DNA of 64,000 bases from Laetmonice hystrix (lineage: Eukaryota): contig OZ249436.1 in the NCBI GenBank assembly GCA_965235115.1, forward strand, positions 33,046,001 through 33,110,000. The letters are read 5' to 3'. The notes beneath the pieces are model-generated. The model was given only the letters and a program-made list of their open reading frames with translations. It was not told the DNA's origin and did no database searches. Below are positions 1-11,632 of the stretch, in pieces; position 1 is the stretch's first letter, and each line of letters starts with the position of its first letter. Made by a program: the position numbers and the translations under genes.

Positions 1-85
1 ATGAATCCTATATTGGCTGTTTAAACCATACCTGAATCCCATGAATCCTATATTGGCTGTTTAAACCATACCTGAATCCCATGAA
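1..85. repeat. 40-bp tandem repeat (2 exact copies plus a partial; may continue left of the window)
   Basis: atgaatcctatattggctgtttaaaccatacctgaatccc at 1-40 and 41-80, followed by atgaa. Confidence 0.9.
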
Positions 86-310
86 AGAGATGATTAGTAT
101 AGACACTGCTTGATATTTGGGAAGAATGCACTTAAGGTCCCTCCGGCAAGCATTCCTCTTCCCCCTCAAAACCCTTTTAACTCGGTTTATAGTTCAAATA
201 CACGTACTTCATCTCTGCAGAGAAGTGAGCCACCCCTATACACACATTACAATCGCATTTCTGTATATCCCAGCTATAACAGTTTCCCGAGGGAAAAAAT
301 CTGTCCTTAA

Positions 311-1204
311 AAGAAAAGTCCACCGCCAGCGTGTACAGGCCAGGCACACAGGCCGTGATGTTCTAAGCAATTAAAAAAAATTTGAACACAATTGGTGCTT
401 AAATAGTTAAGATATAAGCACTTTAGTGCCGGAGCCTGCTTAGAACCTACTCCGCTGCTGGTGACTGCCATAGCGTCTGCTCCTTGGGCTAATCTCACAT
501 TGCGCATGCTCCGACCACTGCTCTCCAGTTTGGGAGGAACGAAAAACTGACGCACCGGCCTGTTGCGTTGAGCGATTCGAAAGGCAGCGTTAACGTTGAC
601 AGCTTATAAGCAAAATTTGTTAGAACATAGACGAAAACCATCGATCATAGTGATAAGGAGTGGCTAGGAATTAAGCCTACCGATGTCAGGGGATATATCA
701 GGGTGGACACGGATCTGGACAATCTCCAGCCGTGGGTTTCGGCCGCCTGAATTCAATTCGTCCCGCTCGGAGATGCGATGTTGACGGAGGTCCACTGCCA
801 CTGGGCCGGGGGGCCGGGCCCTGACTCCGACCCGTCACCACGGGCGGGTGGTGGCAGTGTCAGACTCCTGTGATCAGTTCAGCACAGACCTGTTGCGTTT
901 AGTTGTGACTGTGACTGCGGGACTGACCCCCATTGAGTTGCCGACCCGCCTCGGCTGCCTTTACTTTAGTCTAGTCTAGCCTAGCCCCGGCATGCAATAG
1001 ATTAGCCCCGGAACGTCACTTCCGGCCAGCCCAATAGCAACAAATGGCTGCGCCGCTGAAGCCAGTGATTTTGACAGGGTTGTCATGTTCAACTTATGAC
1101 TTCTTGGAATAGGGGGACATTTATTTCCAACCACTACTCTGAAAGGTGAGTGTATATAGAGGCCTTGCAGCTGTCCAAATGTGATTTTTGACTGGACTTC
1201 TCCT
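311..1204. mobile_element. Degenerate non-autonomous Kolobok-like DNA element (TTAA-flanked)
   Basis: TTAA at 307-310 and 1205-1208. Imperfect 11-bp terminal inverted repeats: aagaaaagtcc (311-321) vs reverse complement aggagaagtcc of 1194-1204, 9/11 match. TTAA flanks with RR...YY ends are Kolobok hallmarks. Confidence 0.4.
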
Positions 1205-1810
1205 TTAAAATAAAAAACCTTATAATCGAGCACGCAACACGACTCCCACGAGTATACGTTTAGATGAAGACCTTTGCGTTAAGAGTGACGAATTTAAAAA
1301 GTAATAAAAGTGGACGAGAAAGAAGTGAGTACGATCCTTTCTGTACAACTTCATTACATGCCGCCAGTAGTGGAGCTCTAAGAAGATAATATATCCAGAT
1401 TTCTGGGTTAATGCACAATAGAGAGGCCCCTCTGTTCTTGACAAAGTCTGGTGGCTTTAATCATCTCCAACAAACGGACTGAGAGAGGAGGAGACACACG
1501 AATCTACCTCAAGTTTTCTACATATTGCTCTAGTTTCTTCAGCTTTTAGCTATTCTCCTTGCTGCACAGCTATTCAATTACTCACAGTAAAAACTCAGTC
1601 TGTACTAGAAATATGTATTCATCGGTACATTTCAGGAATAACTTGTAAAGTTTGAACTTTGTCTAATATACCTGAATATAACATTTCTGTGGAGTTTTTA
1701 TTGCTATCGTTTCAAGTGAAGTTCTGCAGCAACTCCTAAAAAACAGGCCATGAACTCCACTTAGTCTGTCCCTTAAGTTGACGTGAATAGTTTCTAACAC
1801 ACATACTTAC

Positions 1811-1832
1811 CCTGACGCCAGGGTAATCATGT
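1811..1832 (-). other. Candidate 22-nt micro-exon of a gene running left out of the window
   Basis: Minus strand reads ttttgttttcttttacccag|ACATGATTACCCTGGCGTCAGG|gtaagtatg, a strong polypyrimidine acceptor and a consensus donor. Contains an ATG (1830-1828; MITLASG). Confidence 0.45.
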
Positions 1833-2003
1833 CTGGGTAAAAGAAAACAAAAGTTCGTATTACGGCGAAAACATCGAGAAGCACGCTGCGATGGGCCCTT
1901 CTGGTACATCTGGAACCGTTATTTCAAACGGTTGTGAGAAACTCTCGAGGATTTATTTCAAACAGAAAGGTTTCTCCGAGTAAGATTTCTCATCGTTTGT
2001 TAA

Positions 2004-3814
2004 AGGAACACTCTTCTCCTGCTTATTGAGTTATCAGATGTTAACTTGATAGTACTAGAGCCCGTCTATACCATATTCATATTTTTAGGCTGCCCTTGTA
2101 ATTAATGATTATTAATCAAAAACGGGACTTAGTAGTTGATAGTCTTTTCGCCATCTTGCAAAAAGGACACATGCTGACGCCTTGCGGAAATCTACAGAAC
2201 TATAGCTGCCACCTGGCAAAATGCTGGTCGTGACGTCACGAAGGGACAACAACTTTGGTAGGCCTAGGCCTACAGCGTAGACTGAAGGCGTAGACTATCT
2301 AAACTTACCGCGAGTTTGGCCCACAACAAGGAGTATTCCAGGACTTTGTGCGGCAGTGGGGTTGTAACAACCGAAACTGGATTAAGAGTTTGGATCAACA
2401 TCAAAGACAAAGGAGCTTTCATGCTTTCCCTTCTAAAATAAAACCTGTCAGTGTAGGCTGTATAATTCTGAAGAGGTGGGTGCACAACAATAGGGGCCTA
2501 CATGCGTCGAGGTAGGCCTAAGGCTAAGCTAAGGCTAAGCTAAAGTAAAGTGGATTTGTTCCAACAGCGATCCACCCGCATAGTGTGAATGTCTCGATTT
2601 TTTTCTGTGACTAACTAAACTTGTCAGTCTTAAACTTCTACCTAACTGATTAGGCCTAGACTCCGTTTCTGCTGTGACTAGAGTCGAGAGTGCAGTCTAG
2701 TGACTAGTCTAGGCCCCGTAGATCTAATCTCATTCTAGTATTTCTACTGTCCAGTCACCAGTGCAGTGACAGTGATTAGTAAATTGGCTGAAGGAGGGGG
2801 CAAACGGCCCAATATACCACCAATTTACACTTTGAAAATTCTGAGGGGTGGGGGAGTATTTACCAAAGACCGGTTTTCCAAGACAACCCGTGGGCGTGAC
2901 CGGCCTGTAGCAGGCCTACTGTAGCAAGTCGCCCCCGCCGCCAACTCAGTCGCCAAGCTGCACGCCGGGCTCAGGCACTGAGTGAGCCGAGGACAGACAC
3001 CCATACCATACTAAGGCCATTGGGGGGGGGGGGGTGATCCAGGATTTTGCATAAAAAAATAATTTTGCAAGGGGGGGCTTGATCTAGCTAGGTGCGCCGT
3101 AGTCTGACATAGACACACTGCAAAATGATAACCCTCAGCCTGGACTGGCTGGAGTCAGCCGGGGGGGGGGGGGGGGCTTAGCCTTAGGCAGGGCCTACTA
3201 CTAGTAGCCTACTGCTACTGCTGCCCCCCCCCCCCCTCAGAAATTTCTAGATACGGCCCTACATACGTGTAGGGCCTACCTCCATAGCTTATATTATCTT
3301 TGAAACCGGCTAGGGCATAATTATTTTCGACAGGTCTACTTCCTTAGGCTAATGCTATGGGTATGGCTATGTCTATGGATGATGGATGTAGCCGGGGGAG
3401 GGGGCGGGGGTTCCGAGGGTTCTGACGAACCCCTCTCACTTTTGTGGGCCACTATTAAAATAAATACACTATAGAACTAGATATCATTGCCGAAACTTAT
3501 TTAACAGGTCCCTATTTAAACTATCAGGTCGCTACATGAGCAGACCGCCTACTTGTCAACACTTGTTTAACGAGGGCCGAGGCATATCCAGGGCTGAGTG
3601 AGTCCCTTCGTGACGTAGTCAAAGATGTAGCCAAGTAATTGCTATTATTGCCGCAAGAGGGCGCGCGGTGCGCCAATGGCGGCGACTATGAATCTGCATT
3701 AAAGTTCTTTTTGACAATATAATATAAACTGTTTGATGATAAAAAAATAACATGGGTTGTAGAATTATGCCTTCTTCAATTTTAAATATGATTTAGCTCG
3801 AGAAAAGCATTCCT
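2004..3814 (+). mobile_element. Kolobok-like non-autonomous DNA transposon carrying a THAP-domain relic
   Basis: TTAA at 2000-2003 and 3815-3818. Imperfect 15-bp TIR (aggaacactcttctc vs aggaatgcttttctc, 12/15). Perfect 15-bp subterminal inverted repeat acgtcacgaagggac (2233-2247 / 3602-3616). THAP-like coding relic inside. Confidence 0.6.
2347..2511 (+). pseudogene. Frameshifted N-terminal THAP zinc-finger relic (transposon-derived)
   Basis: Removing one G at 2359-2361 gives CAAVGCNNRNWIKSLDQHQRQRSFHAFPSKIKPVSVGCIILKRWVHNNR. This has the THAP C-x4-C start, the FHxFP motif and the conserved W, followed by a donor-like AG|gtaggc. Confidence 0.6.
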
Positions 3815-5516
3815 TTAAGGGCCATGGACAACATTGTGTTAAAGGAAACCAATTACATCTTATGTTAGAAAAATGTCAACAATTTCCGATATAGCTACCT
3901 GCATGTTTGCAAATTCATCTCAGACCAGATTCCAATCATGTTTGCTATAATATCGCCTTGTAACCTGTCGTATACATGAAAAACGGTGTTGATACATCGG
4001 GGCCAAGCTTGGTTTCGACACATAATGAGGTAGATCGTTGTAATATGCTATATTTATGTGCAGACAGGACAGGTTATCTTTGGAAAATTTGATGTTAATC
4101 GATCATTTTAATCCATGTAGCAGCCATCTATATTTTTTAAGTAGGCCTACAAAGGGCATTACAATAATATTCATGGTTGTGTGGCAGAGTTAATGCATCC
4201 ACCATGTGGAAATGAGTTTTGTTTCCCATTTATGGCCCGCAGTGCATTGCAGAATTATGGGCGCATATCCGATGAGCTGTCCGGAAAAATGGCAAAAGCT
4301 TGCCCACACATAATGGCAGTGTGGTTCTAAATCCTGTTGTTGACGATTAATGTTCATTAAATAATTAAAGTTATATGACACATGGTCTGCTTTTGGAGTA
4401 TGTAGAAAATATTTCATCATCCAAGTTTATCGCACCAATAACCATCACCATTAATGCCCCCATAAATTATTGGGGGGTTCGTCTCCGTCTTTCTATCGTC
4501 ATTTTATCATCATATGCCTGATGAGATGACAACAAGCTACAACTAACAACAAAAAGAAATCCATGTCGAAAAGGCTGCAAAGGTTTCCATGGATGGATAG
4601 TTTATATCGAACCGAAAGACAACATGTAGAGCCTGTACAGGGATTCACTTTAACAGTATCGATGTTCAAATGGTCCTCAGCAGCCATCAACAAACTGCAA
4701 CGGGCTGTCGACCGCCACCTATAGTGTTGAAGTGCCAAAACCGAAGGAGCCAAGTATAAAGGAGCCGCAACTGTTGATCAACGAGCCCTAGTTTATAATT
4801 GATTCATTAAGGAAATGTTTTCTGTTCGGTCAGTTGTACATGTCCGTCATCCAAAACTAACCCCAGCATTTGATGGGCCCTCTAGGTCGAGAGTCTGATC
4901 TGTATAAAATTATAGACGTACGTTTCTCCCGCTCATATTCCACTTCCTTTCTGTTTTCATGGACGCGAAGGAACCTAGAAAGAGCCAATCAGAAGCAGCG
5001 TCGGTGTTCCGAGCCGGGTGCTCGAACCTCTCGAGACGGCATCGCCCTCTTGCGTTTTGGGGGCACACTACGTAGATCTAAACCTAGGTCGGCGGTGATA
5101 CAGAGGTGACACGGCGATTAATCAAAAAAGGACAGTTACTACGTAAATTGTATTATAGCTCTAGAAGCAGATAGAAGAACATCATTATTTTAATTTTAAT
5201 TCTGATGTGATACCGTCCTGGTTTCTCTCAGTTACGCCAAATCTGAAGGGAAGGATCAAAGGGATCTGTAGAAAGAAATGAGCTTCATGTAACTGGTAGG
5301 CCTACTACATGCAGCTGTTCAATGGCGTATCCAGCCCCCCCCCCCCCCCCCCGGTTCAATTTGTTAAAATAAAACCTTTTGTGTGCCAAAATACCCTTAG
5401 TGCCACAATGGTCAACTTAGACGATAACCACCACGCCACCCCTTCTCCATTTAAACTGAATCCCGTCCCACCCAACCCCATGCGACCCCTCTAGCTGCAA
5501 AAGCCTGGATCCGTGT

Positions 5517-6446
5517 GTGAGGGGTTGTTCCAGCCAGATACGTCCGAACGGCTAGTTATGTCCGATAGGAGATATATCCGCAAATATCAGCTAGATGTGT
5601 CCGGTACCGGCCATATCTAGCTGATATTTGCGGACATATCTGGATTACTGGACACATTTAGCTGACATTTGTGGACATATCCGCGGATTATCTTCTAGAT
5701 TGCGCCTATATAAAACTGACCACCAGATGGCAGCATCCATCACAGATACCACTAATACCTGCAATGTGGATATTGACGCTTGGTGTCGCCTTCGTCTATA
5801 GGACGTTGGCATGAGTCGTGATTTTCAAACCAAATGTTCAGGACAAAGTGCATTTTAAAAGTATGTTAAATGTTTACCTACAACGTGCACTACCTTATGA
5901 TTTGTGATTTCGCTGAGATATAATTTAATATCGTGACCAAACCCTGTGCTGTGTTTGTCACACCTGTTCTGTGGTACCCGACCAACAGGGTGTGTATATA
6001 AAGCAATTCGTAACGCTGTAGGAAAGGCGAGACTCGGGTCTCCACGTTCGGTCGTAGTCTGGAAACAGACGCTGTGGACAACTCTTCCAAAGGTGTCTAT
6101 AAATAGAACCCGTACCCCGTCAATCTGCGGCGAGGTTCCAAACCAGTTGACTCTCAATGGCTATGGCCAGATACGAACGTTAGGACTTGGACCTTGAAGA
6201 GTCAGACCAATCCCTAACTATTTACTTGTTCGATGTTAAACGATGTTAACTTACCAAATGTTCCACTTTTTTTCTTCTAGTTTCAGGGATGTATTTTCCA
6301 AGGCTGAGCGAGACCGCCAGTTTACAACTAGCTGATATTTCCGGACATATCAATTTCTTCGGACACATCTAGCTCCTGTTTGCGGACATACCTCCTGTCG
6401 GACATAACTAGCCGTTCGGACATATCTAGCCTGAACAAATCCTCAC
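5517..6446. mobile_element. Foldback/MITE-like element with long imperfect inverted arms
   Basis: 5517-~5640 is an imperfect reverse complement of ~6325-6446 (e.g. gtccgaacggctagttatgtccgataggaga vs cctcctgtcggacataactagccgttcggac). TGT lies on both outer flanks (possible 3-bp TSD). Confidence 0.7.
5718..5735 (+). promoter_or_regulatory. CTCF consensus motif
   Basis: gaccaccagatggcagca matches the core bilaterian CTCF motif CCACCAG(A/G)TGGCAG. Confidence 0.5.
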
Positions 6447-7195
6447 TGTAGTGTTTGCTCCAGTCTTAGGCTGATCAATACATCTAGGGAGCCCTCACTG
6501 TAGTGTTTCCTCGACTATGACACCACTCAATACATGTAGGGATCCTTCACTGTACTGTTTGCTCCAGCCGAAGGGCAGTCAATACATATATAGGGAGCCC
6601 TCTAGCCCAAGGGCAGTCAATTATGTAGGGAGCCCTCACTGTAGTGTTTGCTCCAGTCTAAGGTCCAATACATGTAGGGAGACCCCACTGTAGTGTTTGC
6701 TCCAGCCAAAGGGATGTCAATACATGTAGGGAGCCCTCACTGTAGTGTTTGTTCCAATCTAAGGCCAGCCAATACATGTAGAGAGACCTCACTGTAGGCC
6801 TAGTGTTTGCTAGAGAATAAGGCCATCCAGTACATGTAGGGAACCCTCACTTTAGTGTTTGCTCCAGCCCAAGGGGATTCAATACATGTAAGGACCCCTC
6901 ACTTTAGTGTTTGCTCGAGTATAAGGCCAGTCACTACATGTGGGGAGCCCTCACTGTAGTGTGTGCTCGAGTATAAGGCCAGAAAGTACATGTTGGGAGC
7001 CCTCACTCTAGTGTTTGCTGGAATGTAAGGCCAGCTAATACATGTAGGGAGCCCTCACTGTAGTGTTTGCTCGAGCATAAGGCCAGTCAGTACATACTGG
7101 GAGCCCTCACTGTAGTGTTTGCTCGAGTATAAGGCCAGACAGTACATGTTGGGAGCCCTCAATCTAGTGTTTGCTCGAGTATAAGACCAGTCAGT
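6441..7195. repeat. Diverged ~52-bp minisatellite, about 14 copies
   Basis: Recurring cctcactgtagtgtttgctc(c/g)ag...aatacatgtagggagc units; starts at 6441, 6493, ~6545 and onward. Confidence 0.9.
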
Positions 7196-7202
7196 CCAGT
7201 CC

Positions 7203-7303
7203 TGTTCCGGCTAGATACGTCCGAACGGCTATAGTTATGTCCGATAGGAGATATGTCCATAAACATCAGCTAGATTTGTCCGGTACCGGACACATCTAGC
7301 TGA
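7203..7303 (+). mobile_element. Third (solo) copy of the foldback-element arm
   Basis: tgttccggctagatacgtccgaacggctatagttatgtccgataggag...tcagctagatttgtccggtaccggacacatctagctga matches 5527-5625 in the same orientation. Confidence 0.75.
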
Positions 7304-7908
7304 CGGCCGGTCTGCACAGTGCTGACTCATAGCGGGCATTTGATGAACTTCCTGGACTCGGTGGTGAAGGTCGCTTGAGATTGAGTCTGGGACACCCAAT
7401 GAGGTACCGGTACTCGAACAGAGAGAGGGGCAAACAAGATCAGATTGGAGGGTGTTTAATTAAACTGCTAAAACGAGAACGTGTTCAGTCATGAAACTTA
7501 TTGTTGGCAAGTGGGGTGGGGGTGGAGGGTTACCAAAGGAAAGTCTATCGATGGTACAACAATTATTTCTCTCACTTTTTTTTTGTATAATGTCCACTCA
7601 TTCAAAATTAATATACCATGATTAATATACTAAGTGAGCTGGTGAATATAACTAAAACATTTGAAGTGAAATTACAACTATTGGACTGTATTGGTGTGGA
7701 TCAAGGAGAATTCGTTAATAACATCGGAGTGGGGCATGGTTGATAGACGGTTATCAAATCTATTAGTTATTTTTCTTTTATTATTCAGCTGAAAAATGAA
7801 TAGAAATAATTGATTTCTAGAATGTAATATATAAAACGCTCCAGGTTTATGCCTGTATGCATTAACGTTTTTATAAATGGAGTCGGCCTCCATATAGATC
7901 TTCTTTAA

Positions 7909-8754
7909 AGGCAGTGGAAAAGTTCAAACTATCAATATAAGGGTGTTCAGCATGAACAAGCTTGTTCCTACCTACAATCCTGTGATGGTCTGATCTTTAA
8001 TAAAGGAATAATCAACTGAAATGTAGCTAGACACTCTCTCCCTGGCTTCGTCTCCTTGTCTGTCTTACTTGTCCACGAATTGTTATGTGGCCGCCAGGCG
8101 GACCGAACCACGCAGATTCCCGGCCAGAGTGCTGCTATTCACGTCCCGAAGCGATTCCAGTTTTACCAGAAACATGCCCATGACGTCACCGCTAAACCAA
8201 TTCGAAGCAAGATGGCGACAGATTCATCGACGATTTCAGAGAGGGTTGCAAACGATAGCCCCACACAAACTATGTATTTGTTAACATACCCCAATACGGG
8301 TGTGAAGAGAGAGAAAAAGCTTAAGGTGTCTGCTGTCACCTTTAGATTAAGTAGTGTAATGAGTCAGTCGGGGTGAGTGAGTGTCGGATGAAGCCAGTGA
8401 AGAATTGCAACGGGGTAATGCTTGGCTAGTGATAAAAGTCTAACAGAAACAGGGTCTAGGGGCCGTTTCACAGTAACTAGATCGCCGAGATCGGAGACGC
8501 AGGTAATTTTCCACCTTTTTGTTTGTGTTTTAGCAGACTTGAAAAACTTCACGTAAAACTAAAACCAAGATTGGCTGGTGTTTGTGACGCCGTGTCATAG
8601 CTCCCCCTGTCTCGCGTGAAAATAGCGCGTGACCCACGCGGTATTTTAAAAAAGTCGCATTAGACAGTGTTCCACTTATCGGTGCGACCTTAGACACTTC
8701 ACATGGTGTTACTGGTGTTCAAAGGTACGTTAGTGAGGAACTTTTCCACTGCCT
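7909..8754. mobile_element. Non-autonomous Kolobok-type DNA transposon (846 bp)
   Basis: Perfect 17-bp TIR aggcagtggaaaagttc (7909-7925 / 8738-8754) flanked by TTAA (7905-7908, 8755-8758). No transposase ORF. Confidence 0.85.
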
Positions 8755-8892
8755 TTAACAAGACACTGCTCGCCCTCATTAGGCCTATAAAGGAGAAACT
8801 ACTCGAAAAATGAGTTTTCAACTAGAGTGAATCTTTTGAAAAAGGAATTACCAGAAATAATAATCTACTAATTTTGTCACACTATCTTGTGT

Positions 8893-11110
8893 TAGTGTGT
8901 TCTCTGGCACATCTCGTGTCAATGTGTTCTCTGGCACAACTCGCGTCAATGTTCTCTGGCACAACTCGTGTCAATGTGTTCTCTGGCACAACTCGTGTCA
9001 ATGTGTTCCCTGGCACATCTCGTGTCAATGTGTTCTCTGGCACAACTCGTGTCAATGTGTTCTCTGGCACATCTCGTGTCAATGTTCTCTGGCACAACTC
9101 GTGTCAATGTGTTCTCTGGCACATCTCGTGTCAATGTGTTCTCTGGCACAACTCGTGTCAATGTGTTCTCTGGCACAACTCGTGTCAATGTGTTCTCTGG
9201 CACAACTCGTGTCAATGTTCTCTGGTACAACTCGTGTCAATGTGTTCTCTGGCACAACTCGTGTCAATGTGTTCTCTGGCACAACTCGTGTCAATGTGTT
9301 CTCTGGCACAACTCGTGTCAATGTGTTCTCTGGCACAACTCGTGTCAATGTGTTCTCTGGCACAACTCGTGTCAATGTGTTCTCTGGCACAACTCGTGTC
9401 AATGTGTTCTCTGGCACAACTCGTGTCAATGTGTTCTCTGGCACAACTCGTGTCAATGTGTTCTCTGGCACAACTCGTGTCAATGTGTTCTCTGGCACAA
9501 CTCGTGTCAATGTGTTCCCTGGCACATCTCGTGTCAATGTTCTCTGGCACATCTCGTGTCAATGTTCTCTGGCACGACTCGTGTCAATGTGTTCCCTGGC
9601 ACATCTCGTGTCAATGTTCTCTGGCACAACTCGTGTCAATGTTCTCTGGCACATCTCGTGTCAATGTTCTCTGGCACAACTCGTGTCAATGTGTTCTCTG
9701 GCACAACTCGTGTCAATGTGTTCTCTGGCACAACTCGTGTCAATGTGTTCTCTGGCACGACTCGTGTCAATGTGTTCTCTGGCACAACTCGTGTCAATGT
9801 TCTCTGGCACAACTCGTGTCAATATGTTCTCTGGCACATCTCGTGTCAATGTGTTCTCTGGCACGACTCGTGTCAATGTTCTCTGGCACAACTCGCGTCA
9901 ATGTTCTCTGGCACAACTCGTGTCAATATGTTCTCTGGCACAACTCGTGTCAATGTTCTCTGGCACAACTCGTGTCAATATGTTCTCTGGCACATCTCGC
10001 GTCAATATGTTCTCTGGCACATCTCGTGTCAATGTGTTCTCTGGCACAACTCGTGTCAATGTGTTCTCTGGCACGACTCGTGTCAATGTGTTCTCTGGCA
10101 CATCTCGTGTCAATGTGTTCTCTGGCACAACTCGTGTCAATGTGTTCCCTGGCACGACTCGTGTCAATGTTCTCTGGCACAACTCGTGTCAATGTGTTCT
10201 CTGGCACATCTCGTGTCAATGTGTTCTCTGGCACAACTCGTGTCAATGTTCTCTGGCACATCTCGTGTCAATGTGTTCCCTGGCACGACTCGTGTCAATG
10301 TTCTCTGGCACAACTCGTGTCAATGTGTTCTCTGGCACATCTCGTGTCAATGTGTTCTCTGGCACAACTCGTGTCAATGTTCTCTGGCACATCTTGTGTC
10401 AATGTGTTCTCTGGCACGACTCGTGTCAATGTGTTCCCTGGCACATCTCGTGTCAATGTGTTCTCTGGCACGACTCGTGTCAATGTGTTCCCTGGCACAA
10501 CTCGTGTCAATGTGTTCTCTGGCACAACTCGTGTCAATGTTCTCTGGCACAACTCGTGTCAATGTGTTCTCTGGCACGACTCGTGTCAATGTGTTCCCTG
10601 GCACAACTCGTGTCAATGTGTTCTCTGGCACAACTCGTGTCAATGTGTTCTCTGGCACAACTCGTGTCAATGTGTTCTCTGGCACATCTCGTGTCAATGT
10701 GTTCTCTGGCACGACTCGTGTCAATGTGTTCCCTGGCACATCTCGTGTCAATGTGTTCTCTGGCACAACTCGTGTCAATGTTCTCTGGCACAACTCGTGT
10801 CAATGTGTTCTCTGGCACATCTTGTGTCAATGTGTTCTCTGGCACAACTCGTGTCAATGTGTTCTCTGGCACAACTCGTGTCAATGTGTTCTCTGGCACG
10901 ACTCGTGTCAATGTGTTCCCTGGCACATCTCGTGTCAATGTGTTCTCTGGCACAACTCGTGTCAATGTTCTCTGGCACAACTCGTGTCAATGTGTTCTCT
11001 GGCACAACTCGTGTCAATGTGTTCTCTGGCACAACTCGTGTCAATGTTCTCTGGCACAACTCGCGTCAATGTTCTCTGGCACAATTCGTGTCAATGTGTT
11101 CTCTGGCACA
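8893..11110. repeat. 27/25-bp minisatellite, ~2.2 kb, roughly 80-85 copies
   Basis: Unit gtgtcaat(gt)gttc(t/c)ctggcac(a/g)(a/t)ctc. The long ORFs in the track are translations of this unit. Confidence 0.97.
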
Positions 11111-11448
11111 TTGTTAGCGTTGTACATCCGTAGCCCTGTAATGAGACCCGCCACAATGTCCACCAACTGCCAGCTCCTTTTTGTTACGCAAGAAATGTGG
11201 TAGCATAGCAGCTTGGTCGACGCATCCATAATACATTACACGTATTGATGACGAGTCAACACCATATACATAGATTAATGATCGTCGAAGAGTCTCCACC
11301 GACGATATGGACTGGTTGAACCACATAATAGTTATTATGATAACAAAATGGGCGGGTCTGTTGGGCAAGTTTTTATTCAAATCGAGACAAAGGCAACCCA
11401 TGTCTGGGCCTTAAGATTCGTGATTTTTGTGATCTGAAAACCGCGGGA

Positions 11449-11632
11449 CCAGGGCCCGGTTTTTAGTTCGTCATTTTACCAATCTTAAGACTGGAAATTT
11501 AAGACTGAATTGTGTTATGGCCTCTCATTGGCTGACTTCATTTGAAGGACCAATCAGAAGCTCCGAAACAATAGTTCAATCTAAAGATTTGAATCTTAAG
11601 ACTCGGCTTGCAAACTAAAAACCAGGGCCTGG
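11449..11632. mobile_element. ~180-bp MITE (PIF/Harbinger-like termini)
   Basis: ccagggcccggtttttagtt (11449-11468) vs aactaaaaaccagggcctgg (11613-11632): 18/20 inverted match. Confidence 0.65.

Noticed and set aside
1803-1830. U1 snRNA (begins ATACTTACC...)
   Set aside because: Similarity stops after ~20 nt, with no U1 stem-loops or Sm site. It is better explained as the reverse complement of a GTAAGTAT splice donor.
8056-8376. Small ORFs inside the 7909-8754 element as a THAP/transposase relic
   Set aside because: Only vague Cys/RFP resemblance; the THAP Cys/Trp/His spacing is not recoverable by eye.
8874-11203. 720-770-aa ORFs (and nested minus-strand ORFs) as protein-coding genes
   Set aside because: Pure translations of a stop-free 27/25-bp minisatellite, open in all three frames; no unique coding flanks or splice structure.
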